A stretch of 64,000 bases of DNA, taken from contig NC_042999.1 in NCBI RefSeq assembly GCF_006345805.1, positions 159,898,001-159,962,000 of the forward strand, given 5' to 3'. The notes beneath the pieces were generated by a model, which saw nothing but the letters and a program-made list of their open reading frames with translations, had not been told where the DNA came from and made no database searches. This document shows, piece by piece, positions 51,746-64,000 of the stretch (position 1 is the first letter of the stretch; the number at the start of each line of letters is the position of its first letter). This stretch comes from Octopus sinensis. Its lineage: Eukaryota. Both the position numbers and the translations under genes were made by a program.

Positions 51746-51965
51746 CCCTTTAGCATTCAGATTTCTTTGTCAAATGTATTGCTTATTTATTCACATTCTT
51801 TTGAATTCATCCTGCATTATCTCATAGCTTAGAAATTCTAATGACATGAATGCTTATTTTTATAATAACATTGTTTGATAAGTGTGAGAGTCTGGATCTG
51901 GCTGGTTTGAACAGAAAACAAGTACAATATTTGGGGCGGATATTGTCAGTTTGAATGCTAAAGGA
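51746..51965. mobile_element. TTAA-flanked MITE, family B (diverged)
   Basis: Homologous to the other family B copies. Confidence 0.8.
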
Positions 51966-52641
51966 TTAAATTAGCTATCATCAGCATTTGTATGAAAATG
52001 AAGGTTTTAACCTTCAAGCTGAAATAATTTTACCAATCTACAGTGCTACAATATTTTGTATTTTTAATCCTTTATGAGGAAGAGTAGCACCTGTGGCTCT
52101 TTTCAAGGACTCTGTGACTTGTTGAAAGGAGGAAGTTATCCTTGAACAAGAGAAGGGTTAAATGCTTGCTAGAAAATGGACTAAAAACATCTAAGGACCA
52201 AGTGGCAATGTTAAACCAAACAAACAGCTTTAGTCCACCACCCAAGAATAGGGAAGGTCTTTCCATCAGGTTTCCACAGAGTTTCTGTTAAACAAACTGT
52301 GCTCACTCAACTTTGGTCAACTTGAGTTTGATAAGGACATTTAGATGTAAAAATCCAATTAATCAAAGGTGAAACATTGCAGGTGGAAACACAGCTAAAT
52401 GCATAAGTAGAGCTAGCACAGAACATATTGGTACAGTGGATGCTAGTAATGCATCATGGGTAGGGATGATATCTAGCAAACACATCCATCAGATGCCAGT
52501 AGAAAGAAAAAATTTTAAAAGTAGTAGTGGTAATAATGGTGGTGGTAGTGATAGTAGTGGCAGTGATGATACCAAGTTGCTTAGAAAAACAGTATTTTAA
52601 AGCAATTCAATTAAAACATGTTGGCAATACGTTTTACAAAC

Positions 52642-52791
52642 CTCATAATGGTAGCCACTCAACCTTGGGCCTAAAGACAACATTACAAGTACATTCTGGA
52701 ATAAAACAAATACGCGATCCAATTTTTCACCAGTGAGTGTAATTAGTTTAACTTGTGACAAATAGACAACTTCACCAAGTTGCGTAATTTC
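52642..52791 (-). CDS. ARHGEF7: ARHGEF7-like exon (PH N-half): EITQLGEVVYLSQVKLITLTGEKLDRVFVLFQNVLVMLSLGPRLSGYHYE
   Basis: 150 nt, phase 0-0, tttgcag|...|gtttgt; matches the PIX PH domain pattern LG.V.Y.SQV...R..LF.NVL.MLS..PR.SG..Y. Confidence 0.95.
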
Positions 52792-52898
52792 CTGCAAAGA
52801 GAGAAAGTAAACAAATCTATATAAATATGCCGAAACAAAGTACAAACAGAATGATGGAGTTATTCTGAAATAAAATGGAATAAACTAAAATAACTACA

Positions 52899-52930
<32 letters not shown>

Positions 52931-53747
52931 GGTAGTTCCCCATTTATTGTTCTATGCACAAAGGGATGGACATCATTGAAATGAAGCCAACATGGCTGTA
53001 TTACACTTTAGTTTGAATAATCACTATTATCCTAACATTTCAAATACTTATATTTCGTGTCTTTATTGAATTTGCTTTTACACTTCCTTTTCAATATGTT
53101 TATATTTTTATTGATTTTATTTTTATTCATCACAATAAGCTATAATTGTCAATGAGTTTATCCAGGAAAGTAGAATTTATGAATTAAGAAAGAAACTTAT
53201 GCTAAATGGTATAATTATGTTCAGGACAAACAATCAAATGCAAATTACAAACTGAATGAATATTGTTAAATGAAAGTAAATTCATGGTTCTTAAAATAAT
53301 CATGAAGCTCCCACAATTTACAAGAATGACAGAGTTATTCATTTCAACAAGCCCATACTGAATTTGATTATGATTTAACAGATAAGCTTCCATCTATTTA
53401 TTTTTTTCTTTCTTTCTCTCTTTAACCATCTAATTGGAGAGAGCATTCTGACATTAATGGGAAGAAGAGAAGTTAACCACAGACTTGTAACTTGGTCTGC
53501 ATGTTCACAACAAAGTGGATTCTGCTAAAGGTATCCATATACTAATAAAACACAAACTAAGATTGAATAATTCAAGTGACGAGATCAGTGCACAAACTGT
53601 AAATAATTCAATATCGTTAGTCTTATATTCATTTCTAGGTATAGTACTCTATGATAGACTCAAAATAAGTAGATAGTTTACACAGGAGAGATTTCTCACG
53701 ATTTCTCTAGGAAGGAAAGAAACAAAATTTGAGAAAGGTTTGGTTGT

Positions 53748-54007
53748 CATCATCATCATGGTTTAACGTCCGTTTTCCATGCTGGTCTGGGTTGGACGGT
53801 TCGACCAGGATCTGGGAAGCCAGAAGGCTGCACCAGGCCCCAGACTGATCTGGCAGTATTTCTACAGCTGGATGCCCTTCCTAACACCAACCACTACATG
53901 AGTGTAGTGGGTGCTTTTTACGTGCCACCGGCACAGGTGCCAGGCGAAGCTGGCAACGGCCATGATCGGACTGCCAGCTTCGCCTGGCACCTGTGTCGGT
54001 GGCACGT
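53748..54007 (-). mobile_element. RTE 3'UTR fragment ending in a fold-back
   Basis: Inverted arms 53920-53955 and 53972-54007. Confidence 0.85.
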
Positions 54008-54868
54008 GAAGTGGAGTGTTGCATATAAGTCTTTTCAGCCTGAATGAAAAGGTGATTTTAGTATGGAATTAAATGGAAAGTTACTGCCATTTTACAGCAC
54101 TTACCATATTTAAGTAAAGAAAAAATTATTTTTAAAGATCCCCTTCACTTCACAAAGCTTGTGAGCAATTGTAGCTGCTGGAGCAACATGAAGTTAAGCG
54201 TTTTGCTCAAGAACACAAGTCACCCAGTTCAGAAATTGAAACTACAGTTTTATGACCACTAACGCCCTAACCACCAAGCCACACACCTCCATTATCATTA
54301 TAATGACTCACAGAAAACTTTCAACACCAGAGATAAGAAATGAAAGTAGAATGTACCAGGACATAATAATGCATAGCATTTTGTAAAGCCACTTTATCAA
54401 TTTTACTGCAGTCAGTGCACCACACCAAAATTATTTCCTTTGTGTTGTGTACCAAAAACATATCAGCTTAACCTATAGCATCTTATTCCAAGTTTATGTA
54501 CATCACAGAATCTCAAGAAAAAAGTATAAGTAAAGTGAAATAATCCCACTAAGTATTGAAATCAGGTTACAATCACGGCTTGCTCAGAACTTGCCAGAAC
54601 CATCTTGCACTCAAACTAATTATTTTACTTTGTAAATAAATGTATCTTAAGATAATAGAAATGAAGACTAAGAAATGCCTTTCTTCCATTGAATTATTAT
54701 ATTATATCAGCTAAAGATATGACAATCTTAATTAAGATCAAAATTAACTTATTTGATGCTTATTCCTATATATTTTAACTAAAACCATATTTGACATATT
54801 CAAAACCTAGTATAACACAGTTTTGTCCAAAAGTTGAAACTATAGCAATGGTTGAATAAAAATTTGTA

Positions 54869-55253
54869 GGCGTAGGAGTGGCTGTGTGGTAAGTAGCTTG
54901 CTTACCAACCACATGGTTCCGGGATCAGTCCCACTGCATGGCACCTTGGGCAAGTGTCTTCTACTATAGCCCCAGGCCGACCAATGCCTTGTGAGTGGAT
55001 TTGGTAGACGGAAACTGAAAGAAGCCTGTCGTATATATGTATATATGTGTGTCTGTGTTTGTCCCCGCCACATCGCTTGACAACTGATGCTGGTGTGTTT
55101 ACGTCCCCGTAACTTATCGGTTCGGCAACAGACACCAATAGAATAAGTACTGGGCTTACAAAGAATAAGTCCTGGGGTCAATTTGCTCGACTAAAGGCGG
55201 TGCTCCAGTATGGCCACAGTCAAATGACTGAAACAAGTAAAAGAGTAAAAGAG
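54869..55253 (+). mobile_element. SINE family 1
   Basis: Ends about 35 bp from the donor of the 81-nt exon. Confidence 0.9.
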
Positions 55254-55288
55254 AAATTTATGAAATAAAATTCATGAAATCAACATAC

Positions 55289-55369
55289 TTCTCCTTCCCA
55301 ACCCTTAATGCTGCTGTGGATAATTTCATACTCCATCTCTTTCCGCTTTCTAACTTCAGTACAGGAATT
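55289..55369 (-). CDS. ARHGEF7: ARHGEF7-like exon (DH-PH linker): NSCTEVRKRKEMEYEIIHSSIKGWEGE
   Basis: 81 nt, phase 0-0, tag|...|gtatgt; carries the PIX-diagnostic EVRKRKE...WEG motif. Confidence 0.93.
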
Positions 55370-55470
55370 CTATAATATAAATAGAAATGAAAGTGTTATT
55401 TTTAAAATACAAGTGGAAAACAATGGTACAGTATCATGGAAAAAAGTTTAGGAAAAAATTTTAATCATTA

Positions 55471-55865
55471 GGCACAGGAGTGGCTGTGTGGTAAGTAGCT
55501 TGCTAACCAACCACATGGTTCCGGGTTCAGTCCCACTGCGTGGCATCTTGGGCAAGTGTCTTCTGCTATAGCCCCGGGCCGACCAATGCCTTGTGAGTGG
55601 ATTTGGTAGACGGAAACTGAAAGAAGCCCGTCGTATATATGTATATATATGTATGTGTGTGTGCTTGTGTGTCTGTGTTTGTCCCCCTAGCATTGCTTGA
55701 CAACCGATGCTGGTGTGTTTATGTCCCCGTCAATTAGCGGTTCGGCAAAAGAGACCGATAGAATAAGTACTGGGCTTACAAAGAATAAGTCCTGGGGTCG
55801 ATTTGCTCAACTAAAGGCGGTGCTCCAGCATGGCCGCAGTCAAATGACTGAAGCAAGTAAAAGAG
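55471..55865 (+). mobile_element. SINE family 1
   Basis: Starts about 100 bp from the acceptor of the 81-nt exon. Confidence 0.9.
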
Positions 55866-56159
55866 TATTATGGATGTTGCTGGAAACTACTAAAGCATAA
55901 GATGTAGAATGCTACCATTAAACAGCTTGGACTTTCAAGATTTCCTTATAATTGAAAGCATACTTGAATAAGATTTTGGTGAATGAAGTTTGCCACCGTG
56001 TTTTAATTCCTTGCTGAAACAGTTTTCAAAATTTTGAGAGAATACATACAACTGATCTCATGTTCTTATAATCGGTCAATAGAAGAACTAAGAAGATAGG
56101 AAGAGTTATCACACACTTGAAAAGATATACACTTTGCAGAACGTGGCTGAGATATATAC

Positions 56160-56480
56160 AAGAACTAAACTATAGGCTCTATGAAGCATTTGCTGCAAAC
56201 CCTGGTGTGACTGCCTGCAACATGGAGGAAAAGAGGTTCAATAAATACAAGAGCCTGACTGGCTGCTGGCAGTTTATGCCAGTCGCTGTTGAGATGTCAG
56301 ATGTTCAAGGACTCCATACTACCCATTCCTTCGGCAAAATAGGGGTAACAGTGGCCCATCAGAGAAATGAGCCCTGCAAAGGAGTAGTGACTGCTGCAGT
56401 GGGCGTCGCTGGCTATTTTCTGCAACAATGCCATTGCAGTCATCACTATGGACCACAGCTGAGCACCCTACTTGTTCTGG
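56160..56480 (+). mobile_element. CRE-like non-LTR retrotransposon relic (restriction-like endonuclease C-terminus)
   Basis: A...EEKRFNKYKSL...FMPVAVE...G, then (frameshifted) LLQWASLAIFCNNAIAV, resembling the CRE-type A...E..K..KY..L..F.P.A.ET.G...QR.S.AI.RGNA pattern. Confidence 0.65.
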
Positions 56481-58548
56481 AATATGTGGCCCATCACCCC
56501 CTCCCCTCCATCTTCTGCCACTTTACCCCCTACCACATTTCTTCTTCACCCCCCCCTTCTTTCTTTTCTTTTTTAATCTCTCTTCTTTCCTGTTTCTTTG
56601 CATAACAGCACGGATATTTGTCAGTGAACAGGTCGCGGTCTTAAAGAGACGAAAATATTTTGACAAATTAAACTTAAATGTTGAAGTGAATCGAACGGCT
56701 TTTGTGTGTTTCTAAAATGGCTTACAAACACCTTCCACGCTGCAATTGATTAAATAAACAATTTACACTATATACTTGTCATTGCAAATTGCATTCATAG
56801 AAAAAGAAATTTAAATCAGATATGAGGAAAAAATTGATGTTTAAATGATAAAGATGATGATAGTGGTAGTGATGATCAACAAGTATTACTTTGATAGGTT
56901 TTGGCCAGTATCGGCCCAGGCCATGTTTAGCTTAACAGCACCACCTATTTTTAAACAAATTTGCATGTGGCACTTATTTCACATCATTTCCAATGTTAAT
57001 ATCTTTCTAATGGTAGGCATACATAATCCTAGATATGTCAACCATTCATCCATCTTTTATTTTCAACCCAAACTGTTGTAGGGTAAAATTCCCAAAATAA
57101 ATTTACATAGATTATCACAGAATTATTTATACTAGCAGAAAGACTGCCCTCTGAGCAGTTTTCTGCTAGTCACTTGATAATATTTTCACATTTGATTCCC
57201 ATTTCTAATAATCTCTATGATATTTTACACCTAATTATTTCTTTGCATAATAGAGCTCACTTGCTTAGTAAATATTGCTTTCATTATTTTATCATAGTCA
57301 TAATCTCTCTTTTTTGAACAAACATCAAGGTAGTCTAACTACAGAGGGTGGAAGCAATTTGTCAAGTCTCACCTTCCCCTCAAAGCAATATAGAGATTTC
57401 AGTTCAGTAGCCCATCTATTAGCTTTGCACTGTGTGTGTGTGCGTGAGACAAAGAGGGGGAGAGAGAACATTGCAAACAATGACTGAAATAAACATGAAA
57501 TGAAAACATTGTATAAATAAGAGGGCATAACTACAGATGTATATGCACCCAACTTTGTTGCCTAATATCCAGGAAAATAGATAGTTTTTAAGGAAAATTT
57601 TTTACAAATACTGTTTAGATGTTGTGGCTTCAGAGTATATAGGGATTTAAGGGAAAAAAATTTCCTGATGGGGTGGAGAGAGGAGTTTCGGAAAATCCAC
57701 ATGATCTTTTTTCTCTCATAACATTCAGGAAAATGGGTATCTTTTAAAGAAAGTTTATACAAATACCTTTCAAACAGCATAGATTAACAATTATAAAGAA
57801 CTTTTTGTGTATTAAATGTTTTCCGGGGGGTTCCGGATCAGGAAGACCAAATAAGTTAGAACTACTGTTTTGACAGGAATTTTCCCCATTTTTTTAAAAC
57901 CAGTCTTCAAAACGATGAAGTGGGGTAGAGGGCATCTTTGTATTAGAAAAAGTTTTGAAAATTTTTTACAACCCCCACTCCCTCATCATCCTACTCTGGA
58001 CCTATTTCGGCAAATTTTTGTTGCACTTCAAAACCATGGGAGGAGTCTTTTCAGTGCAAAGAAAAAAAATTGCTAATATTTTCAGAGGGAAAAGTGAATG
58101 ATTTAAGGGAGATTTGGCTATGTTTCTTTCTCACTCTCACATGTATTGATGTTTTTCAATATTTTTCTCCCCATAAATACATCTATATGCTAGAGAGAAG
58201 AAAATTTGAAAAATTATGAATTTTTTGCAACCCCACTCCCTGCCCCCCGACTATTTCTGTTTATAAATTAAAATATTGGAGAGCCTGAGGTCATTGCTGG
58301 CATTTATCCACAGTGATATAAAGAAAGAGTTACATAAATGATAATTCATTTTAATTTGTTAGAAAATGTCATTTCTTACACACATACAGTTTCGCTTGAT
58401 TGAGGTGGATGTAAAAATTTAGATTGCATATTTTCTTTTTTTGTAGCTTACATTCCACCAAAGGACCATGCGTGTTTTACTTAGGCATCATCTTTCTACA
58501 AAATGTGTTTAATGTGAGAAAAATATTGAAACTACACCAAACATCAAT

Positions 58549-58949
58549 AGGCGCAGGAGTGGCTGTGTGGTAAGTAGCTTGCTAACCAACCACATGGTTC
58601 CGGGTTCAGTCCCACTGCGTGGCATCTTGGGCAAGTGTCTTCTGCTATAGCCCCGGGCCGACCGAAGCCTTGTGAGTGGATTTGGTAGACGGAAACTGAA
58701 AGAAGCCTGTCGTATATATGTGTATATATATATATGTGTGTGTATGTGTTTGTGTGTCTGTGTTTGTCCCCCTAGCATTGCTTGACAACCGATGCTGGTG
58801 TGTTTACGTCCCCATCACTTAGCGGTTCGGCAAAAGAGACCGATAGAATAAGTACTGGGCTTACAAAGAATAAGACTCGGGGCCGATTTGCTCGACTAAA
58901 GGTGGTGCTCCAGCATGGCCGCAGTCAAATGACTGAAACAAGTAAAAGA
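58549..58949 (+). mobile_element. SINE family 1
   Basis: Full-length match. Confidence 0.9.
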
Positions 58950-59429
58950 CATGTCTTGGACAAGTAACTCTAAGTCAAAGAACATCTTGTGAGTGAATTT
59001 GGAAGACAGAAACCGAACGGAAACTGTCAGATATAAGTAAATATGTATGTGTATAAGCTTGTGTGTGTGTCACCTTGTCTTAACATCACAATCATTGTAA
59101 ATTAGTGTCAGTTTATGACAAAGTTGAGCTTTGGGTTTCCAATTTTCTGTGAAAACATATGCAGCCGGGAAGATATATTAACTAGCTTTGGTAAAGCAAG
59201 TCAATATATCTTGGTAACAGGAAGGGCATTTGGCTGTAAAAAAATCTGTCAACAAATACCATGTGATCTATGTCAGCAGGAAAAGTTGATGGTAAAAAAA
59301 CAATATGGTGATAAAATCAAAAGCAAACAATCTTAAATACAAACATTATACTTTTCTGTATTTTCTCCTTTTTACTTGTTATATATAACAGGGAAGAAGT
59401 GCAAAGAAATGATAAACCCATGGTAGGGG

Positions 59430-59720
59430 GACTTCGAAAGGGGTATCAGGGAGTAGCATCCCTGCCTTCCTGAGCTAGTTTTCCACCACATTTCTTAAAA
59501 ATCATGGTAGAGGCTTTGGTCTTGGGACCACCCATGTCTAGAAACTGAGGTTAGAGGTAAGCAAGGGCATGATCCCCATAGAAAATCCAGTTCCAGAAAA
59601 GTCGTGTGATAGCAAAGGAGAAAGGGCACCAGCCAACCGAAAGGTAGATCTGGCCACCCACGTTAATGGGGACAAAACCTGGGTTTAAAACACTGGATGA
59701 TGATGGCAAGCCATGTTTAC
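59430..59720 (+). mobile_element. RTE 5'UTR-like fragment
   Basis: Homologous to 63225-63400, which precedes an RTE endonuclease ORF. Confidence 0.7.
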
Positions 59721-60593
59721 AACAGAGCTTCATCTCTAATGGTTGCTTATGATTGTCTCTCTCACCTTTAAGGTTTCAGAAGTGAAAGTGATAGCTTAGT
59801 AGTTGGGAAGGTCAAAGAAGCCACAGTGAGCCAAAACGCCTCAAGGTAGGCTGACATTTATTTATGAACACTACACCAAGACAGAGTCTTCAGTAATGTT
59901 TCAATGACTCAATGGAAAACTAGTCAAAACAAGGACTCTAAAAATCATTATACACAGGACACACAAATTTGAGATATACCAGGTTCAAATCTAGTGTCTT
60001 GCCAACATAAACTTATTTCCCTGTATCTCAAGGATTATCTACCTCAGGAAAACATGAAGTAAACATGCTCTACTGAGAACTAATGAGCTGGGAAAGGAAA
60101 TGAAGAGGAAAGACTACATTGGTATGGTTGTGAGTGACCGTGTCTTGCAAGTAGCCGGTGACCACACTACTGTTGGTGGCGCAAAAACACTATTTAGTAC
60201 ACTCTGTAAAGTGGTTGCCATTAGAAAATGTTTTGCATTCAGCTGTGGAATCCTTGCAAAAGCAGATATTCTTGTCAAACAATCCCACCTTTTTCTGGCA
60301 AGGAAAAAGAGATGTTAAGTAATGATGACAGTTGGGATAAAGAAATGCCAAGTGACCAAATGATCCAGGTGAAAGAAACTCCAAGAAGAAAAAGACATGA
60401 GAAGCAGCGAAAGCTAATCTCAGGATACCGAAACTCACAAAACAGATGACAAAGGACCACATGTGAAAAGATACAGAGCTGGGAAAGACCAATTCAACCA
60501 AAACGTATAACGATGGTAATGATAAAATCACAAGAACAGATTTTTGAAGAAATGTTATAAAATAGCCTGAAAAAGAGATTGAGTAGAACTTAC

Positions 60594-60653
60594 TGATATA
60601 TCTCTATAAACTGCAATAGCTCGCTGAGTGTCACCTCGGTCAACATGACATTC
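60594..60653 (-). CDS. ARHGEF7: beta-PIX/ARHGEF7-like RhoGEF, internal exon (end of DH domain): ECHVDRGDTQRAIAVYRDIS
   Basis: 60 nt, phase 0-0, tttttatag| acceptor and |gtaagt donor; aligns by eye to the PIX DH C-terminal helix (human DYHTDRQDIQKSMAAFKNLS) and joins in frame to the next exon. Confidence 0.9.
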
Positions 60654-61293
60654 CTATAAAAAGAAAACAAAAAAAGATATGATTTGAGTTTGCCATGGAA
60701 ATTAAGTGACCTGAAATTTGTAACAAAATTAGAATTCAGAATGCTTCATTTCATTTATAACACCCAAGGTAGTAGTTTTTTTATTTTATTTTTATTTTTT
60801 TAATTTGTTTTTAAACAAAAGATAATTAGCATATCAATTAAATCAGTTAAACCATTCTTGCCAACAGAGATGGACCCTCACAGCCATTCAATGATTAAAA
60901 GAATCCTATTATATTTTTATAATTAAATATTATTAGAAACTGCTTTGAAAAATTGTTAAAATAGCTTAAATTTATTGCACATAAATTTAAACAAAATCTT
61001 ATGTGGACTACCACTACAGCTTCTATTAAATGTCATGTGGACCCCAGTTGAGAATCACTGAGTTACATGAATAAACTACAGGTCTGTTAACTGAGAGCTC
61101 AGAGGTTCTAACTTTGTTTTAGGCGTTTATATTGTTCTCTTAAGTTCAACAGTTTTGGTTTAAATTTTACATTTAAGAAATTAGCATTCACAATAAAATG
61201 CTTGAACATATAATTCAAATAAATACCAAACATTTATATAAATTGATGTAATGCATTGAAAGATGCTAATGACTATAAGATAATGTTATTTAA

Positions 61294-61684
61294 CCCTTTA
61301 GTGTTCAGATTCTTTTCTTCTCTAGAGACAAGGCCCGAAATGTTGGGTAAGGGGCCAGTCAATTAGACTGACCCCAGTACGCAGCTGGTATTTAATTTAT
61401 CGACCCCGAAGGATGAAAGGCAAAGTCGACCTCGGCGGAATTTGAACTCAGAACGTAAAGACAGACAAAATATCGCTAAGCATTTCGCCCGGCATGCTGA
61501 CGTTCCTGCCAGCTTGCCACCTTTAGTGTTCAGATTATTCTGTTAAATGTAATAATTTTTCACTCAAATTGTTTTTAATTAATCATGCATTATCTTACAG
61601 CTTTGAGGTTTCAATGATTGTTTATTTGAACATAAGACATGTAGAATATTTAGGCCGGATATGGCCGGTTTAGACACTAAAGGG
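61294..61684. mobile_element. TTAA-flanked MITE family B interrupted by a SINE family 2 variant (61312-61519, minus)
   Basis: TSD cctttagtgttcagatt at 61295-61311 and 61520-61536; TTAA flanks retained. Confidence 0.87.
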
Positions 61685-62987
61685 TTAATGATTGCTATCA
61701 AAACTAGTAGGTGCAAACCTTTGTATTTCCTTAATGTTATCAGCTAATTATAGTTATCAAAAAGGTTCCTTTACAAAGGATAACAATAAGCAGCTTCCAA
61801 CAGCAATGTTAAATAAACATCAAATAAAAGTAAAATGATTTGAAAAGTAATACAATAGGAATTTAAAATATCTCATTTATGTCAAAGCTAGATCTTTCAA
61901 TTTACACAAAATTCTGAAAGCTGTTGCTGTATGGTTAAAGTTTTTAAAATGTAATACATGGGTAGTTAGATAACTAAGTAGACATACATGAATACCAGTA
62001 CCAACTGTAAATAAATTCCAGATCCAATTTATATACACAATAAGTGGTTCTAAGCATAACACCATGAAATTCATACTTCTGAATGTATAGAAAAGCATAG
62101 GAGAAATGATAGGGAGGGAGATACTCAGGTACACCATCTACTGGTAAAATAGTTAAGTGGGTGCGAAAAAAAAAAATGTTAATTACAGTTAAATGCAAAT
62201 AAAGAAACAAAAAGCTATAAAACTTACTGATTAGTTCTTGTAATGAAAGGCAATGAAAACAAATTCGAAATTTAAATTAATCAAAATTAATTAAAAATTA
62301 CATGAAGACAAGCAGTGGAGAACAAGTCTGATCTTTGAGAAGTACAGTGACAACACCAGAGATGCTTTAGTTTTGTTAGGATCTGATAACTGCTGGTGAG
62401 AATATACACCACAGAGGAGGACCAATAAGGCTGGAATATATCTAGAGTTATCACCATACTTGCCAAAGATAAGATGCACACCTCATCGCATGTCCCAATT
62501 CAATTTTTAATTAATCTTGATCGTTTAAATTTCAGAATTGCTTCCTTTGCCTCTTTTGACTTGAAAGAATAATTATGCTAATGGAATGCTTTCTCCTCAC
62601 TCTATTGTCTACAAATATATTTACATTAGCTAACCTTATTCAGATAGGAAAATGGAAATGAAAATATATCCTGAAGTAAATTCTTGAATTCAATCCTTTA
62701 AATATTCTTAATATTATACAATATCCCATTTCTATAATACTGGTAATTATTTGCAAGGGATAATATTTGAATTCTATAATAATGTCAGAACAGTATGAGA
62801 TTTTGCAGTCCTCAAATTGAGAAGTGCAAGTTACACACTTTTACCAATGACACAATTACTCTAAATAAAATGATCATTTAAAACTGTTCTAAAAATATAT
62901 GGTTACAATATGATAAATATGAGCACATTAATTCAAATATAGTAAACACACACACACACACATATATGTATGTATATAAATAGCTAA

Positions 62988-63034
<47 letters not shown>

Positions 63035-63224
63035 CTTGATAAATGTAAGCACCTGTATATGCCAGCTAGTAGCAGAGGTGAGAGGATATATGTATCAAAT
63101 GAAATAAAATGAAAAACAGGACACAAAGGATGTCGCGGTACACATGTTTCGAGCTTTATAAAACAACTTATTCTTACATCAATGTATAATCGACATAACA
63201 GATAGTTTAAAAGCCCTCTTTGAT

Positions 63225-64000
63225 GCTGAGCTAGTTTTCCACCTCATTTCTCAAAAATCACGGTAGAGGCCTTGGTCTAGGGACCACTCATGTCTAGAAA
63301 CAGAGCGGGGGTAAGCAAGGGCATGCTCCCTGTAGAAAATCCAGCTACGAAAAAGTCTCATGATAATAGCAAAGGAGAATGGGCACCAGCCAACCCAACG
63401 GTTGGGGTAGGCTGCACCTGCCTACCTAAAAAGGGAAGGTGCAAACCCTCATCCTGGGTTGCGCAAGTATGACTTGCCTAATAAGCTTGGGTTGAGGTTG
63501 GGAAGTTGGAATGTGGGCAGTCTGTGTGGAAGGGAAACTGAGGTATGTGAAGAATTGAAGAGTAGGAGGGTGGATGTGTGCTGTGTGCAGGAGGTTAAGT
63601 GGAGGGGCCAGGGTGTAAGAGAAGAAGGTACAAGTTGTGGTGGTCAGGAAACAGCAGGGAGACTGGAGGTGTAGGAATTTCGGTGAGGGAAGAAATCTAT
63701 GAGAAGGTGGTGATGGTCAGGAGAATGAGTGACAAAGTGATGACAGTAGTGTTAGCATTTGAGGAAGAAGTGGTGAGGGTGATTTGTGGGTATGGTTTGC
63801 AAAGTGAAAGAGGGACCACAGAGAAAGAGCAGATCATGATGAAATGGCGAATGAATAGGACTTACAAAAGATAGATGAATTGGTTTTGGGCATGGGTGAT
63901 TTTAATGGTCATGTTGGGAGATGGATCCAGGGCTTTGAGGTTGTGTATGGGGGGAAATGGAATTGGGGAGAGAAATTTGGAAGGAAGGATGCTGTTGGAG
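63225..64000 (+). mobile_element. RTE LINE 5' end (5'UTR + endonuclease N-terminus), frameshifted, runs off the right edge
   Basis: LRLGSWNVGSL, VDVCCVQEVKWRGQG, YKLWWSGN, GVGI, GDFNGHVG. Confidence 0.9.

Overview
Eukaryotic, AT-rich, repeat-dense genomic DNA. It is most likely an octopus (coleoid cephalopod), judged from the SINE/RTE families and the huge (TA/CA)n tracts. The only host gene I can support is an internal part of a beta-PIX/ARHGEF7-like RhoGEF on the minus strand. Six clean GT-AG exons join in frame (60653-60594, 55369-55289, 52791-52642, 50731-50656, 49663-49539, 18997-18793) and cover the end of the DH domain, the PH domain and the WSxSCLRPAPP motif; one extra 42-nt exon is a candidate. 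The 5' and 3' ends of the gene appear to lie outside the window. The rest is intron filled with three tRNA-headed SINE families, RTE, CR1-group and CRE-like LINE remnants, a Penelope-like element (PLE) with RT and GIY-YIG, a DD37D mariner-like transposon, Helitrons, TTAA-flanked MITEs and microsatellites. Most ORFs in the supplied track are microsatellite or TE artefacts. The main hidden signal is a set of minimal hammerhead-ribozyme folds with unrelated stem sequences (1663-1704, 38253-38295, 40287-40329, 46099-46144, plus relics). One sits downstream of the PLE RT/GIY-YIG remnant. One sits inside a tRNA-headed (Pol III) SINE with an inverted terminal duplication. Folds were read by eye; catalytic activity and novelty are untested.
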